A stretch of DNA of 64,000 nt from Roseibacillus sp. (GCA_051251855.1 JBPOGI010000001.1:1828791-1892790); one strand, 5' to 3'; positions 1-10,106 are shown, numbered from the stretch's first letter. Translations and numbers: made by a program. Notes: generated from the sequence alone by a model not told the origin.

Positions 1-1946
1 ACGGAAAATCACCCACTCAAAAAACCTTCCCCTCAAACGAAGTCGGCCAAGCTGTCTACAAGCAAGGCAACCCCGACGAGTCCTTCCGAATCGACACTAT
101 CGAACTTCCCGAAGACTTCACCAACCCTTGGAAGACGCGCCTCCGATTCTCCGGTATCGACTACCTTGACGAGAATACGGCTGCCATCTCCTCTTGGACA
201 GGAGGACTCTACCTCGCCAAAAACATTCGAGGCACCGATGGTCCTACCGTCTCTCTTTCTCGCATCACTGCCGGACTCCATCAACCGCTCGGACTCGTCG
301 TTCGAGATGGCGAAATCTTCGTCGGCTGCCGCGACCAAATCATGCGACCTCACGACTTCAACAACGATGGCGTCGCCGACTATTTGGAGGCCTTCAATAC
401 CGACCATGTTGTCACCATGCACTTCCACGACTTTGCTGGAGGCCTTGATACCGACCCCGAGGGCAACTTCTACTACAGCAAGTGCTCCCAGCACCTCGAC
501 CCTGCCATCATCGAACGCCATGGCTCCCTTATCAAAGTCAGATCCGACGGCGAGAATTCCGAAATCGTGGCCCGTGGACTCCGCTCTAACAACGGCTGTT
601 TCTTTGATGAAAAAACCAACCTCGTCTGGCTCACCGACCAAGAAGGATTCTGGAACCCGCAAAATAAAATCATCCGCGTACAGCCTGACTCCTTCAACGG
701 CAACATGCTTGCCTTCTACGACTCTAACAAAGTCACCCACGCTGATACCGACTCCACCGAACCCATGGTCTGGCTCCCCAAAATATTCGCCAACTCTCCC
801 TCCGAAGTCTTCCGCTTTCCCGACCGTGGCTGGGGCGGACTTAATGGCGTCCTAGGCTACTTCGAGTATGGCAAGGGCCGCATCATGGTTCTGCCTCACG
901 AGGAAAAAAATGGCACCGTGCAAGGCGCATCCCACGGGCTTCCCATTCCCGACTTCCCCACTGGCATCATGCGCGGACGATTCCACCCAGATGACCAATC
1001 ACTCCTCGCCTGCGGGCTCTTTGGCTGGGGCAGCAGCCGAACTCAGACCGGCGGACTCTTCCGAATCATCCCCACCGAGAAACCTAGTCATAGCCTCGTC
1101 GGATTCGAGGCCTCACCGGGCAAATTGAGCCTCACATTCTCGGATCCCATTTTGAACCATCAAATTGACCCCACCGATATTCAGTTAACCTCCTTTCACA
1201 TCGAGCGCTCTGCCAAATACGGCTCCCAACTCAAAGGCGAAACCCATTGGCCCGTCACTGACCTCTCCCTCTCGGACGACGGCCTCACCCTCGCCTTGCA
1301 AGTCCCCTCTCTCGCGCCCACCCGCGTGCTCAACATCAAACTCAAACTCCCCGGAGAAGACGGCCCCATCCAACGCGAAATCCACGCTTCTATCTACCAC
1401 CTTGGAGAGCAAAGCTACGATTCCATCCAATCGAGGGAAAATGCGAAAGAAGTAGATCGGGCTCGGACTGAAATCATTGTCCCCTCAGCCCACCCCATTC
1501 CAGGAAAAATCCAAGCCGAAGCCTTTCGCAACGGCCCAGAAGGAGACGCATATCACGACACGGACGACAAAGAAGGCACGAAAGAATTCCGCCCCAAAAG
1601 CCGAGTCGACCTAGAGCCCAGCCGAGACAAAGACACGACCCCCAGCATCGGATGGATCCGCAATGGGGAATGGCTCACCTACACAATCGAAGTTAAGAAA
1701 CCCTTCCAAACAACCCCCAGCTTCCGAATCGCCTCTAAAGCTCGCGCCAAACTCATCCTCGAATTGAAAACCGAAGAACAGGACAAGTTCCTTGAATTAT
1801 CGAGTCTCAACATCGAGAGCACCGGTGGCATCTACAGTTGGAAGAACCAAAAGGGCTCAGCCTTCGAACTCCCTGCAGGCACCCACACCCTCCGGATTCG
1901 AGTGGAGAAGGGATCCTTCAACTTCAACTGGTTCGAGCTGCCTTAG
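1..1946 (+). CDS. 5'-truncated beta-propeller protein (DUF6797/glucose-sorbosone dehydrogenase-like) with C-terminal carbohydrate-binding module (CBM6-like)
   Basis: The frame is open from base 3 into ORF 342..1946. Propeller motifs: NPWKTRLRFSGID, GLHQPLGL, ARGLRSNNG, DQEGFW, IMRGRFHP. The C-terminus IPGKIQAEAF...IGWIRNGEWLTYTI...FNFNWFE is CBM6-like. Confidence 0.7.
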   Translation, partial: GKSPTQKTFPSNEVGQAVYKQGNPDESFRIDTIELPEDFTNPWKTRLRFSGIDYLDENTAAISSWTGGLYLAKNIRGTDGPTVSLSRITAGLHQPLGLVVRDGEIFVGCRDQIMRPHDFNNDGVADYLEAFNTDHVVTMHFHDFAGGLDTDPEGNFYYSKCSQHLDPAIIERHGSLIKVRSDGENSEIVARGLRSNNGCFFDEKTNLVWLTDQEGFWNPQNKIIRVQPDSFNGNMLAFYDSNKVTHADTDSTEPMVWLPKIFANSPSEVFRFPDRGWGGLNGVLGYFEYGKGRIMVLPHEEKNGTVQGASHGLPIPDFPTGIMRGRFHPDDQSLLACGLFGWGSSRTQTGGLFRIIPTEKPSHSLVGFEASPGKLSLTFSDPILNHQIDPTDIQLTSFHIERSAKYGSQLKGETHWPVTDLSLSDDGLTLALQVPSLAPTRVLNIKLKLPGEDGPIQREIHASIYHLGEQSYDSIQSRENAKEVDRARTEIIVPSAHPIPGKIQAEAFRNGPEGDAYHDTDDKEGTKEFRPKSRVDLEPSRDKDTTPSIGWIRNGEWLTYTIEVKKPFQTTPSFRIASKARAKLILELKTEEQDKFLELSSLNIESTGGIYSWKNQKGSAFELPAGTHTLRIRVEKGSFNFNWFELP

Positions 1947-2056
1947 CACTTCCAACAGACAGCAACATTCCTAAGACTGTTGAAAAAATCCTCCACTGCC
2001 GCAATTGCGCCGTTCCCGTCTTGCCAGAAGCGGCTGCTCTCGCTCAGTCTCCCCTC

Positions 2057-2572
2057 ATGAAGCATCTGTGGCTTAGCCTCTTTTCCCTCTCCGCTCTCCT
2101 GTTCGCCAGTTGCGGCGTCTCTGGTGGAGCCTACACCGGCGGCGGCAGCCCCAATATGGGTGGCCCTACCGCTGATGAGCGAAAGCTTCAAATCGCCACC
2201 GAGCCACGCGGGGATTTTTTCTATGGTCGTCGTTATCACGTCAAAAAAACCCGCTTTTGGGGCTTCATCCGCAAGCCGGGACAAGACTGGACCAAAGCCA
2301 AGCTCGTCGTCTTTAACGAGAAGATGGGCCGCCAGCCCGACCGCTACTCCGAGATTGGTCCTCCAGAAAAACGCTACGGCTTCGACAACAATTACGAATA
2401 CCGTATCAAAGGCTACTTCAGCGGCGAAAAGGTCTATGAGATCAACTCGAACCAGTTTCTCCCCGAATTTGTCCTCACAGGCTACGAGCTTCTCGACAAA
2501 GACCCTGGCTGGCTCTTTTCACCACAGGACCACTTCGACCACTCCCGTATCACTCTTACTCCACGCTTCTAA
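2057..2572 (+). CDS. Hypothetical lipoprotein
   Basis: Start moved to the ATG at 2057, giving MKHLWLSLFSLSALLFAS-C with a lipobox-like Cys. Codon usage matches its neighbours. Confidence 0.75.
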   Translation: MKHLWLSLFSLSALLFASCGVSGGAYTGGGSPNMGGPTADERKLQIATEPRGDFFYGRRYHVKKTRFWGFIRKPGQDWTKAKLVVFNEKMGRQPDRYSEIGPPEKRYGFDNNYEYRIKGYFSGEKVYEINSNQFLPEFVLTGYELLDKDPGWLFSPQDHFDHSRITLTPRF

Positions 2573-2580
2573 CTAATCAT

Positions 2581-3621
2581 ATGAGCTCACAAAACGACCT
2601 CAACGTCGTCGCCAACAATCCTCTCCCCTCGCCGGCCTTTCTCCAATCCGAGATCCCAGCCACCGCCGACCAAGCCGAACTGATCACCACTTCGCGGCGC
2701 GAGATTAGTGACATCATCTACGGTCGAGACGACCGCTTTTTACTCATCGTCGGTCCTTGTTCCATTCACGATCCTGAAGCATGCCGCGAGTATGCCGAAC
2801 GTCTCGCCAAACTTTCCCAAGAAGTGCGCGAGAAAATCCTCATCGTAATGCGCGTCTATTTCGAAAAGCCCCGCACTACCGTTGGATGGAAAGGGCTCAT
2901 CATGGACCCCGACCTCGATGGCTCCGACAATATCATCAAAGGCCTCACCGCCGCGCGAACCTTCTTGCGCGAAACCCTCTCACTCGGTCTCCCCACCGCC
3001 ACCGAACTCCTCGACCCCATCACTCCGCAATTCATCGCCGACCTCATCAGCTGGTCCGCCATCGGCGCGCGCACTTCGGAGTCACAGACCCATCGCCAAA
3101 TGGCTTCCGGGCTCTCCATGCCCCTCGGCTTCAAAAATGCTACCTCCGGCTCTCTCAAAGCAGCCACCAATGCCATCAAAGCTGCCACCCAACCCCAAAC
3201 CTTCCTCGGCGTCTCAGCACAAGGCATCGCTTCTGCCGTCTCCACGAAGGGCAATCCTCATTGTCACCTTATCCTACGCGGAGGCGAAAACGGGCCCAAC
3301 TTCGACGAGGCCAGCATCGCCCGCTCTTGCGAGATTCTCCGCGAGTCCAACCTTCCCGAGACCGTCATGATCGACGCCTCCCACGCCAACTGCGGCAAGA
3401 AGCAGGAACAGATGCCCGCCGTCTTCGAGAACATCATTGCCCAGCGAGTCGCCGGCAACAAAGCCATCACCGGAGCCATGCTTGAGTCCCATCTTGTAGC
3501 CGGCAATCAGCCCTTCCCGCAACCTCTCGACCAATTGACGCGCGGTCAGTCCATCACAGACCAGTGCATTGACTGGGCTACCACCGAGCGTCTCATCAAG
3601 GATGCCGCCGCAGCCCTCTAA
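2581..3621 (+). CDS. aroG: 3-deoxy-7-phosphoheptulonate (DAHP) synthase, class I-alpha
   Basis: Motifs GPCSIHD, RVYFEKPRTTVGWKG, IGARTSESQTHR, DASHAN and SITDQC. The isozyme (aroF/G/H) cannot be resolved. Confidence 0.93.
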   Translation: MSSQNDLNVVANNPLPSPAFLQSEIPATADQAELITTSRREISDIIYGRDDRFLLIVGPCSIHDPEACREYAERLAKLSQEVREKILIVMRVYFEKPRTTVGWKGLIMDPDLDGSDNIIKGLTAARTFLRETLSLGLPTATELLDPITPQFIADLISWSAIGARTSESQTHRQMASGLSMPLGFKNATSGSLKAATNAIKAATQPQTFLGVSAQGIASAVSTKGNPHCHLILRGGENGPNFDEASIARSCEILRESNLPETVMIDASHANCGKKQEQMPAVFENIIAQRVAGNKAITGAMLESHLVAGNQPFPQPLDQLTRGQSITDQCIDWATTERLIKDAAAAL

Positions 3622-3624
3622 CAC

Positions 3625-4284
3625 GTGAGTTCTCCTCCCCTTGACGTCCTTTATGAGGACGAATGGATCATCGCGATCAACAAGGAAGCAGGACACCTCG
3701 TTCACGCCGCCGACCACCCCCAACCCGATGACATCGTCGTCATGAAGTTGGTGCGAGATCTCGTTGGCCTCAAAATCTACCCCACCCACCGCCTCGACCG
3801 CCCTACCTGCGGTGTGGTAGTCTTCGCAAAGGGCCGAACAGCCGCCCGCGCCCTCAATCGATCCTTTGAGCGCAAGCAGGTCAAGAAAGCCTATCTCGCC
3901 ATCGTCGTTGGCCACCCAAAATTAGATTCATGGACTTGTTCAGAACCTCTTCGCAAAGGAGAGGACGCCCCGCTCAAAGAAGCCTCCACTCGGTTCCTAG
4001 TCCTTCAACTCCTTTCTAACAACCTTACTCTCTTGGAAGCGCACCCACTCACCGGTCGCTATCATCAAATCCGCAAACACCTCCTCCATTGCGGGCATCC
4101 CATCGTCGGGGACTACTTCTACCACGGCTTCGAACCCTGTGAAGCCATGGGACCACAGCTAGGAATCGGCACCCGCATGCTGCTTCAATGCCATCGCCTC
4201 CAATTCGCGCACCCCATCACCAAAGAAGAAACCGTGATCACCGCGCAAACGGAAAGTCATATCGCTCGACTTAGCCAAAGCTAA
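3625..4284 (+). CDS. RluA/TruC-family RNA pseudouridine synthase
   Basis: Motifs INKEAGHLVH, HRLDRPTCG, TGRYHQIRKH and HPIVGD. GTG start. Confidence 0.9.
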   Translation: MSSPPLDVLYEDEWIIAINKEAGHLVHAADHPQPDDIVVMKLVRDLVGLKIYPTHRLDRPTCGVVVFAKGRTAARALNRSFERKQVKKAYLAIVVGHPKLDSWTCSEPLRKGEDAPLKEASTRFLVLQLLSNNLTLLEAHPLTGRYHQIRKHLLHCGHPIVGDYFYHGFEPCEAMGPQLGIGTRMLLQCHRLQFAHPITKEETVITAQTESHIARLSQS

Positions 4285-4530
4285 AAAAACTCATCACCAG
4301 CGCTCCAACTGCCCATCCAAAAAACAAGACTCCCGGACCACCAAGAGAGCTGCAGGCCATACGCTCAAAGACTTACTGACACCCTCCCCCTCCAATTCAA
4401 GCTCAGCACTTACGAATATTTCTTCAAAAACTTAAGACTTATTAAGTAACTTTTTCCAAAAAGAACGCACTTCCCGCTTGGTGAAAAGGCAGTCCTCTCA
4501 TTTCTTTGTAGAAAGCTTTCTGCCTGCCCA

Positions 4531-5514
4531 ATGAGTCTTCGCCAACAACTGTCCGACAACCTTCCCGAAATCCTCCCCGCTGATCCAGCTCAAGCCATCA
4601 AAGGAACGGAACTCATTCGCCTCGTTCGCATGCGACTCGAGGGAGACTACTCCGACGCTTCCCTGCGATATCACTTCTCGATCATGTCCTGTGATCCAGC
4701 CTCCCCCATCGCTAAGGTAGAAAAAGGCCAAGGCTACTATCGCCGCGCCCCCGCGGTTCCCGACCTCGTGAAGGCACGCGAAATGATGTCTCAAGGTCAA
4801 CTCGACGAAGTCGGTGCCGACCCTCGCGCCCTCGACTACGCTGTCGCTCGCATCCAAAAGTTCCGCGCCATCGTCACCCGCTACTCCGAGACCAACAACC
4901 GCTTCCCCTATCAGTTCCGCGCATCTCTTGGCAAAGGAGCTCCTATCGGTAATCTTTGGAAAATCCCCGATATGGTCATCGTCGACTGGGAATCAGGTGA
5001 ACCCGACGACACCGGCTTCGACCTCGACCGCACCAACATCATGCTGCGTCGCTCTGTCGGACTCGCCCCCTACCGTCTCGACGCCGTCTCTCTCAAACTC
5101 GCTCCTAACCTCGAACTTTGTCGCGAAGACTTCTTCCAAGCTTTAGCCGTTTCTTCTTGGTGCAACTCAGGCGAACTCTTTTACGCCAACCCTATCCCTG
5201 ACGAAGCTCTTGCCGAGGCCCTCCGTCACCTCGCGGGCCGCTACGGAGTCGGCATCACCACTTTCGGCCTTTCCCTCCAAGCTCTCGACGAGCTTCCCCC
5301 TGCCGAGCACATTCTTAACGCGCAACCACGCGAGACCGAAGCTCTCATGGAGCGCCTCGACGTTCGTCGCATCGCCGCTTCCAAGCGCCGCGATCACCTC
5401 GACTGGTCTTCCCTCCAGAACCTCCGCATGGAGAACCCCGAGGTGCACGAACTCTTCGTTTGGGTCGCCAAATCACTCGACGCTAATCGCGTGGAACCGC
5501 AGAGCTACGAATAG
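4531..5514 (+). CDS. COG2958/HrgA-like protein (N-terminal winged-helix-like region plus restriction-endonuclease-like fold)
   Basis: NLWKIPDMV and REDFFQALAVSSWCNSGEL resemble the COG2958 motifs W.HPD.V and FFQAVSNSSWAN.GYL. Confidence 0.55.
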   Translation: MSLRQQLSDNLPEILPADPAQAIKGTELIRLVRMRLEGDYSDASLRYHFSIMSCDPASPIAKVEKGQGYYRRAPAVPDLVKAREMMSQGQLDEVGADPRALDYAVARIQKFRAIVTRYSETNNRFPYQFRASLGKGAPIGNLWKIPDMVIVDWESGEPDDTGFDLDRTNIMLRRSVGLAPYRLDAVSLKLAPNLELCREDFFQALAVSSWCNSGELFYANPIPDEALAEALRHLAGRYGVGITTFGLSLQALDELPPAEHILNAQPRETEALMERLDVRRIAASKRRDHLDWSSLQNLRMENPEVHELFVWVAKSLDANRVEPQSYE

Positions 5515-5525
5515 CGCATCGCGCC

Positions 5526-6290
5526 ATGAACCGCCGCCACCTGCTCGCCGCAAGCACCCTCGCTTCCGCATCCTACTGCCTAGGACGCACCACCAAAGAG
5601 CCCTCCACCAAAAAGGGTTGGTGCGGTGGAAACGCCGAATATCGCAAGCTCTTTGGCGCCCACTGGCACTACAACTGGACCCTCGGAGGACCGAATCAAG
5701 ACGCCAGCTTTGTCCCCATGCTCAAGGGTAAAGCACAGACCAACAACGGCGCCCTCAAACGCCTCGACTCCTACCCCAACCTCCCTCACCTCCTAGGCTA
5801 CAACGAACCAGAGCGCACCAAACAAGGAAACCTCACAGTAAAGGAAGCCCTCGCCTTTTGGCCCAAGCTCCAAGCCCTTGCCGAGAAGAAAGGGGCTCGC
5901 CTCGGCTCCCCCGCCCCCTCCTCAGATGCCGGCGGCTTAAAGTGGCTCGATGACTTCATGACCGCGGCCAAGCGCCAAAAACTCAAAGTGGACTTCATCG
6001 CCATCCATTACTACGGCGGAACCGATCCCGAGCGCTTGGAAAAGCTCATCGATGATACCGCCAAAGAATACCGCCTCCCCATCTGGCTCACCGAATTCAA
6101 TGGTTGGTCTGGCACGCATGATGAACACGAAGACTTTCTCAAAGACGCGCTACGTTTTCTCGAACGAGAGCGCAAAGTCGAACGCTACGCCTATTTCAAC
6201 CCCGGCAAAGGCAAGCCCCACTCTCTCCTCAACAACGACGGCTCCCTCACCTCCTTGGGCGAACTCTACCGTGACGCGGGAACCAGATAG
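5526..6290 (+). CDS. Exported glycoside hydrolase, GH128-like (beta-1,3-glucanase family)
   Basis: Tat-like start MNRRHLL. Motifs WHYNW, FVPM, LGYNEPE, DFIAIHYY, PIWLTEF and VERYAYF. Confidence 0.8.
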   Translation: MNRRHLLAASTLASASYCLGRTTKEPSTKKGWCGGNAEYRKLFGAHWHYNWTLGGPNQDASFVPMLKGKAQTNNGALKRLDSYPNLPHLLGYNEPERTKQGNLTVKEALAFWPKLQALAEKKGARLGSPAPSSDAGGLKWLDDFMTAAKRQKLKVDFIAIHYYGGTDPERLEKLIDDTAKEYRLPIWLTEFNGWSGTHDEHEDFLKDALRFLERERKVERYAYFNPGKGKPHSLLNNDGSLTSLGELYRDAGTR

Positions 6291-6365
6291 AACCGCGAAA
6301 ATTTTTGCCACTTTCCTCCGTGACAAGACGTAACCATCCCACGGGTTAACACCTCCTTTGAACTT

Positions 6366-8024
6366 ATGAGCTACACCATCGGAATCGACTACGGAACCAA
6401 CTCAGTCCGCGCCATCGTGGTCCGCACTTCAGACGGAGCCGAGATCGGCACCGCTATCTTCGACTATCCTAGCGGCCATCAAGGCATTTTACTCGATCCC
6501 GCAGAACACAATCTCGCCCGCCAACACCCTGGCGACTATCTCGCCGGAGTTGAAAAAACGGTCGCCGAAGCCCTCACCGACGCCGAAGGCAACGACCCTC
6601 AGTTCTCCCGCGCCAAAGTCATCGGACTAGGCGTCGACTCCACCGGCTCCAGCCCCATTCCCGTTGATAAAGACAACACTCCCCTCGCCCTCAAACCCGA
6701 GTTTAAAGACAACCTCGCTGCCCAGTGCTGGCTCTGGAAAGACCACACCTCCATCGTCGAAGCCGAGAGAATCACCATGCTCGCTCTCGAGCATCGTCCC
6801 CAATATCTTGCCAAAATTGGCGGCATCTATTCCTCCGAATGGTTTTGGGCCAAGATTTGGAAATGCCTCAAAGTCGATCCCACCGTATTCGATGCCGCCC
6901 ACAGCTGGGTCGAGCTCTGCGACTTCATCCCCGCCACCCTCGCAGGCATCACCGATCCCACCAAAGTGATTCGTGGCGTCTGCGCCGCTGGTCACAAGGC
7001 CCTCTACGCTCCCGACTGGAAGGGACTTCCTGACAAAGAATTCCTCACCCTCCTCGACCCCAAGCTCGCCGACCTCCGCGACCGCCTCTACGAACAAGCC
7101 CATGACGCCAGCGCCACCGCAGGTCATCTTTCCGCAGATTGGGCCGCCAAGTGGAACCTCCCCGCAGGCATCCCCATCGCCGTCGGCGAATTCGACGTTC
7201 ACTACGGAGCCATCGGATGCGGAGTGGAAGAAGGCACCCTCGTCAAGGTCATCGGCACCTCTACCTGCGACTGCGGTGTCGTCTCCGCCGAACAAAAGGT
7301 CGCCGATATCCCAGGCATCTGCGGCATCGTCAAAGGAGCCATTCTTCCCGGTTACTACGGCATCGAAGCCGGCCAATCCGCTGTCGGCGACATCTTCAAA
7401 TGGTGGGTCGAAGGCGTCTGCAAAGGCGACGACTCCCTCCACAAATCGCTTACTGAAGAAGCCTCCGCCCTCGCCCCCGGCCAAAGCGGGCTCCTTGCTC
7501 TCGACTGGAACAACGGCAACCGCACCATCCTCGTCGACCAACGCCTCACCGGCGCGCTCCTCGGACAAACTCTTTACACCACCCAAGCCGAAATCTATCG
7601 AGCACTCATCGAAGCCACCGCTTTCGGAGCCCGCGCCATCATCGAGCGCCTCAGGGAACACAACGTCCCCATCAACCGAATCGTGTGTTCGGGTGGCATC
7701 GCCGAGAAGAACTCCATGCTCATGCAAATCTACGCCGACGTCACCGGCTGCGAAATGCGCGTCTCCCGCTCAGCACAAAGCTGCGCCCTTGGCTCAGCCA
7801 TCGCAGCGTCCGTCATCGCAGGCGCTCACCCCGACTTCGACGCCGCCAAGGATGCCATGACCGGACTCAAGGAATGCACCTACACCCCCGACCCTGAGAA
7901 CCAAGAGAAATACAACCGCCTGTACTCCCTCTACCGCCAACTCCACGACGCTTTCGGAGGAGTCACCGACGACGCTAATTTAGGCCACCTCATGAAAGAC
8001 CTCCTCGCCCTCAAAAGCGCCTAA
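6366..8024 (+). CDS. araB: L-ribulokinase
   Basis: FGGY kinase motifs IGIDYGTNSVR, LWKDHT, YSSEWFWAK, GTSTCD, EAGQSAVGD and LDWNNGNR. Adjacent to araD. Confidence 0.9.
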   Translation: MSYTIGIDYGTNSVRAIVVRTSDGAEIGTAIFDYPSGHQGILLDPAEHNLARQHPGDYLAGVEKTVAEALTDAEGNDPQFSRAKVIGLGVDSTGSSPIPVDKDNTPLALKPEFKDNLAAQCWLWKDHTSIVEAERITMLALEHRPQYLAKIGGIYSSEWFWAKIWKCLKVDPTVFDAAHSWVELCDFIPATLAGITDPTKVIRGVCAAGHKALYAPDWKGLPDKEFLTLLDPKLADLRDRLYEQAHDASATAGHLSADWAAKWNLPAGIPIAVGEFDVHYGAIGCGVEEGTLVKVIGTSTCDCGVVSAEQKVADIPGICGIVKGAILPGYYGIEAGQSAVGDIFKWWVEGVCKGDDSLHKSLTEEASALAPGQSGLLALDWNNGNRTILVDQRLTGALLGQTLYTTQAEIYRALIEATAFGARAIIERLREHNVPINRIVCSGGIAEKNSMLMQIYADVTGCEMRVSRSAQSCALGSAIAASVIAGAHPDFDAAKDAMTGLKECTYTPDPENQEKYNRLYSLYRQLHDAFGGVTDDANLGHLMKDLLALKSA

Positions 8025-8047
8025 CGAGACAAAACGCATAAAAAATC

Positions 8048-8749
8048 ATGAGCGACTACCAAGCCATCAAAGAAGAATGCTGTGAGGCCAACATCCAGCT
8101 TCCAAAAACCGGTCTCGTCGATATCACCTTCGGCAATGTCAGCGTTGCCGACCCCGAGCGTAAAGTATTCGCCATCAAACCGAGCGGCGTCGATTACGAC
8201 GACCTCACCCCCGCTCACATGGTCGTATTGGACTTCGAGGGAAACATCCTCGAAGGCAACCTCCGCCCCTCCTCCGACACCCCCACCCACCGTTGCCTTT
8301 TCCTCAACTTCGCAGGCATTCGCTCCGTGGTGCACACCCACTCACGAACCGCAGTCTCCTTTGCCCAAGCCGCCAAAGATATCCCCTGCATGGGCACAAC
8401 TCACGCCGACTACTTTTACGGCGATGTCCCAGCCAGTCGCGACATGACTGCCGAAGAAATCGCCGCTGGCTACGAATGGGAAACCGGCGAAGTCATTGTC
8501 AAAACCTTCGCCGAGCGCAATATCGACCCTCTCCAAATCCCCGCCGTCCTCGTCCGCAACCACGGCCCCTTCGCTTGGGGTCCCAGCGGAGCCAAAGCCG
8601 TTGAAACTGCTCTTGCCCTCGAAGTCGTGGCCGAAATGGCGCTCAAAGCATTGCAGCTTAACCCCCAAGCGCCGCGCATCGCCCAACACCTGCTCGACAA
8701 GCACTACCTTCGCAAGCACGGTGCCAACGCCTACTACGGGCAAAAGTAG
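8048..8749 (+). CDS. araD: L-ribulose-5-phosphate 4-epimerase
   Basis: Motifs TFGNVS, IKPSGVDY, PSSDTPTH, VHTHS, GTTHADYF and HYLRKHGANAYYGQ. Confidence 0.95.
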   Translation: MSDYQAIKEECCEANIQLPKTGLVDITFGNVSVADPERKVFAIKPSGVDYDDLTPAHMVVLDFEGNILEGNLRPSSDTPTHRCLFLNFAGIRSVVHTHSRTAVSFAQAAKDIPCMGTTHADYFYGDVPASRDMTAEEIAAGYEWETGEVIVKTFAERNIDPLQIPAVLVRNHGPFAWGPSGAKAVETALALEVVAEMALKALQLNPQAPRIAQHLLDKHYLRKHGANAYYGQK

Positions 8750-8779
8750 AAAAAAACGGGCATTCTCATCGGCATTAAA

Positions 8780-8804
8780 TGTGCTTACAATAGCCGTAAG
8801 CACA
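8780..8804. promoter_or_regulatory. Perfect 9-bp inverted repeat directly before the activator ATG (operator or hairpin)
   Basis: TGTGCTTAC-aatagcc-GTAAGCACA, which contains TACAAT. Confidence 0.4.
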
Positions 8805-10106
8805 ATGGCTGACGCTGAATTCACCGACACCCTCCTACTTGTCGACTCCGACATTGATTTTCTCGACTGGGCAACCAAACACTTGGAAGCCCCAGACTTG
8901 CGCATCCTACGTTGCGATAGCTCAGAGAAGGCCCTCAAGGTCCTCGCAAGCACCCAAGTCGACCTTGTCCTCGCCGACCTCCTCACCAAGCCCATTGACG
9001 GCCTCGAGCTCCTCACCAAAATTCGAGCCCATGATGCGGGTATCGTCACCATCCTCTTAGCAGGCTTCCCTTCCACCTCCCAAATCATCGAAGCCACCCG
9101 ACTCGGTGCTCGCGACGTCCTGCGCAAAGAGTCCCTCAACTTCGAGCTTCGCCTCGTCGTCGAAAGCGCCTTTCAAATCATCGGCAACCGCCGCACCGCC
9201 GATCAACCCAAACAAAAACTCCCTGCCGCCGACGCCCGCATCAAGATGATCGGACAGTCACGTATCATCCAGGAAACCTTCAAGCTCGTCGGCCGCGTCG
9301 CCCCCTCCGACGCTCCTGTCCTTGTCACTGGAGAATCCGGCACCGGTAAAGAACTCGTCGCCGAAGCCGTGCATGAATACTCCCCCCGTCGCAAGAACGA
9401 CTTCATCGCGATCAACTGCGGAGCCATTCCCGAAAACCTCCTCGAGTCAGAACTCTTCGGCCACGAGAAGGGTTCCTTTACTGGAGCCATGGCTCGACGC
9501 GCCGGCCGATTCGAACAATGCGATGGAGGCTCTCTCTTTCTCGACGAAATCGGAGACATGCCCCAATCCGTTCAGGTCAAACTTCTCCGCGTCCTCCAAG
9601 ACGGAACCTTTGCCCGCGTAGGCTCTAACGAGACTCTCAAATCTGATGTTCGCATCGTTGCAGCCACTAACAAGGACCTCGCCGAAGAAGTCGCCAAAGG
9701 CACCTTCCGCGAAGACCTTTACTATCGACTCAACGTCGTCGAAATTCATCTCCCTCCGCTACGCGAACGACGGGAAGACATTCCTCTCCTCGCCGAATTC
9801 TTCTTGCAGCGTCTCGCGAGAAAATACGGGCTCGCAAAAATCAAGCTCTCCGGCGAAGCCATCGACACCCTGCAAACACATCGCTGGACGGGCAACGTGC
9901 GCGAACTCGAGAACACCATGGCCCGCGCCTGCGCCCTCGCCGAGTCATCCCTTCTTCTCGCCGACGATATTCCCTTCGCCCGCTCCCCCTGGTCTCAGGA
10001 AAATCGCATCAAAGCTTCGTTCAAAGGACTTCTCGCCCTTAAGCCCAATAAGGAAAAGAACCCCAAAGATTGGCTCCTCAAACTCCTCGCCGAGAGTGAT
10101 GACTAA
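8805..10106 (+). CDS. Sigma-54-dependent response regulator (NtrC family; receiver plus AAA+), apparently lacking the C-terminal HTH
   Basis: N-terminal receiver domain, then GESGTGKE, ESELFGHEKGSFTGA, LFLDEIG, FREDLYYRL and WTGNVRELEN. Start set at ATG 8805. Confidence 0.9.
   Translation: MADAEFTDTLLLVDSDIDFLDWATKHLEAPDLRILRCDSSEKALKVLASTQVDLVLADLLTKPIDGLELLTKIRAHDAGIVTILLAGFPSTSQIIEATRLGARDVLRKESLNFELRLVVESAFQIIGNRRTADQPKQKLPAADARIKMIGQSRIIQETFKLVGRVAPSDAPVLVTGESGTGKELVAEAVHEYSPRRKNDFIAINCGAIPENLLESELFGHEKGSFTGAMARRAGRFEQCDGGSLFLDEIGDMPQSVQVKLLRVLQDGTFARVGSNETLKSDVRIVAATNKDLAEEVAKGTFREDLYYRLNVVEIHLPPLRERREDIPLLAEFFLQRLARKYGLAKIKLSGEAIDTLQTHRWTGNVRELENTMARACALAESSLLLADDIPFARSPWSQENRIKASFKGLLALKPNKEKNPKDWLLKLLAESDD

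Noticed and set aside
8496..8804. N-terminal extensions in the ORF track (activator; also 1838, 13532, 27473 and 32627 starts)
   Set aside because: They overlap upstream genes, and downstream starts match the domain or signal-peptide boundaries.
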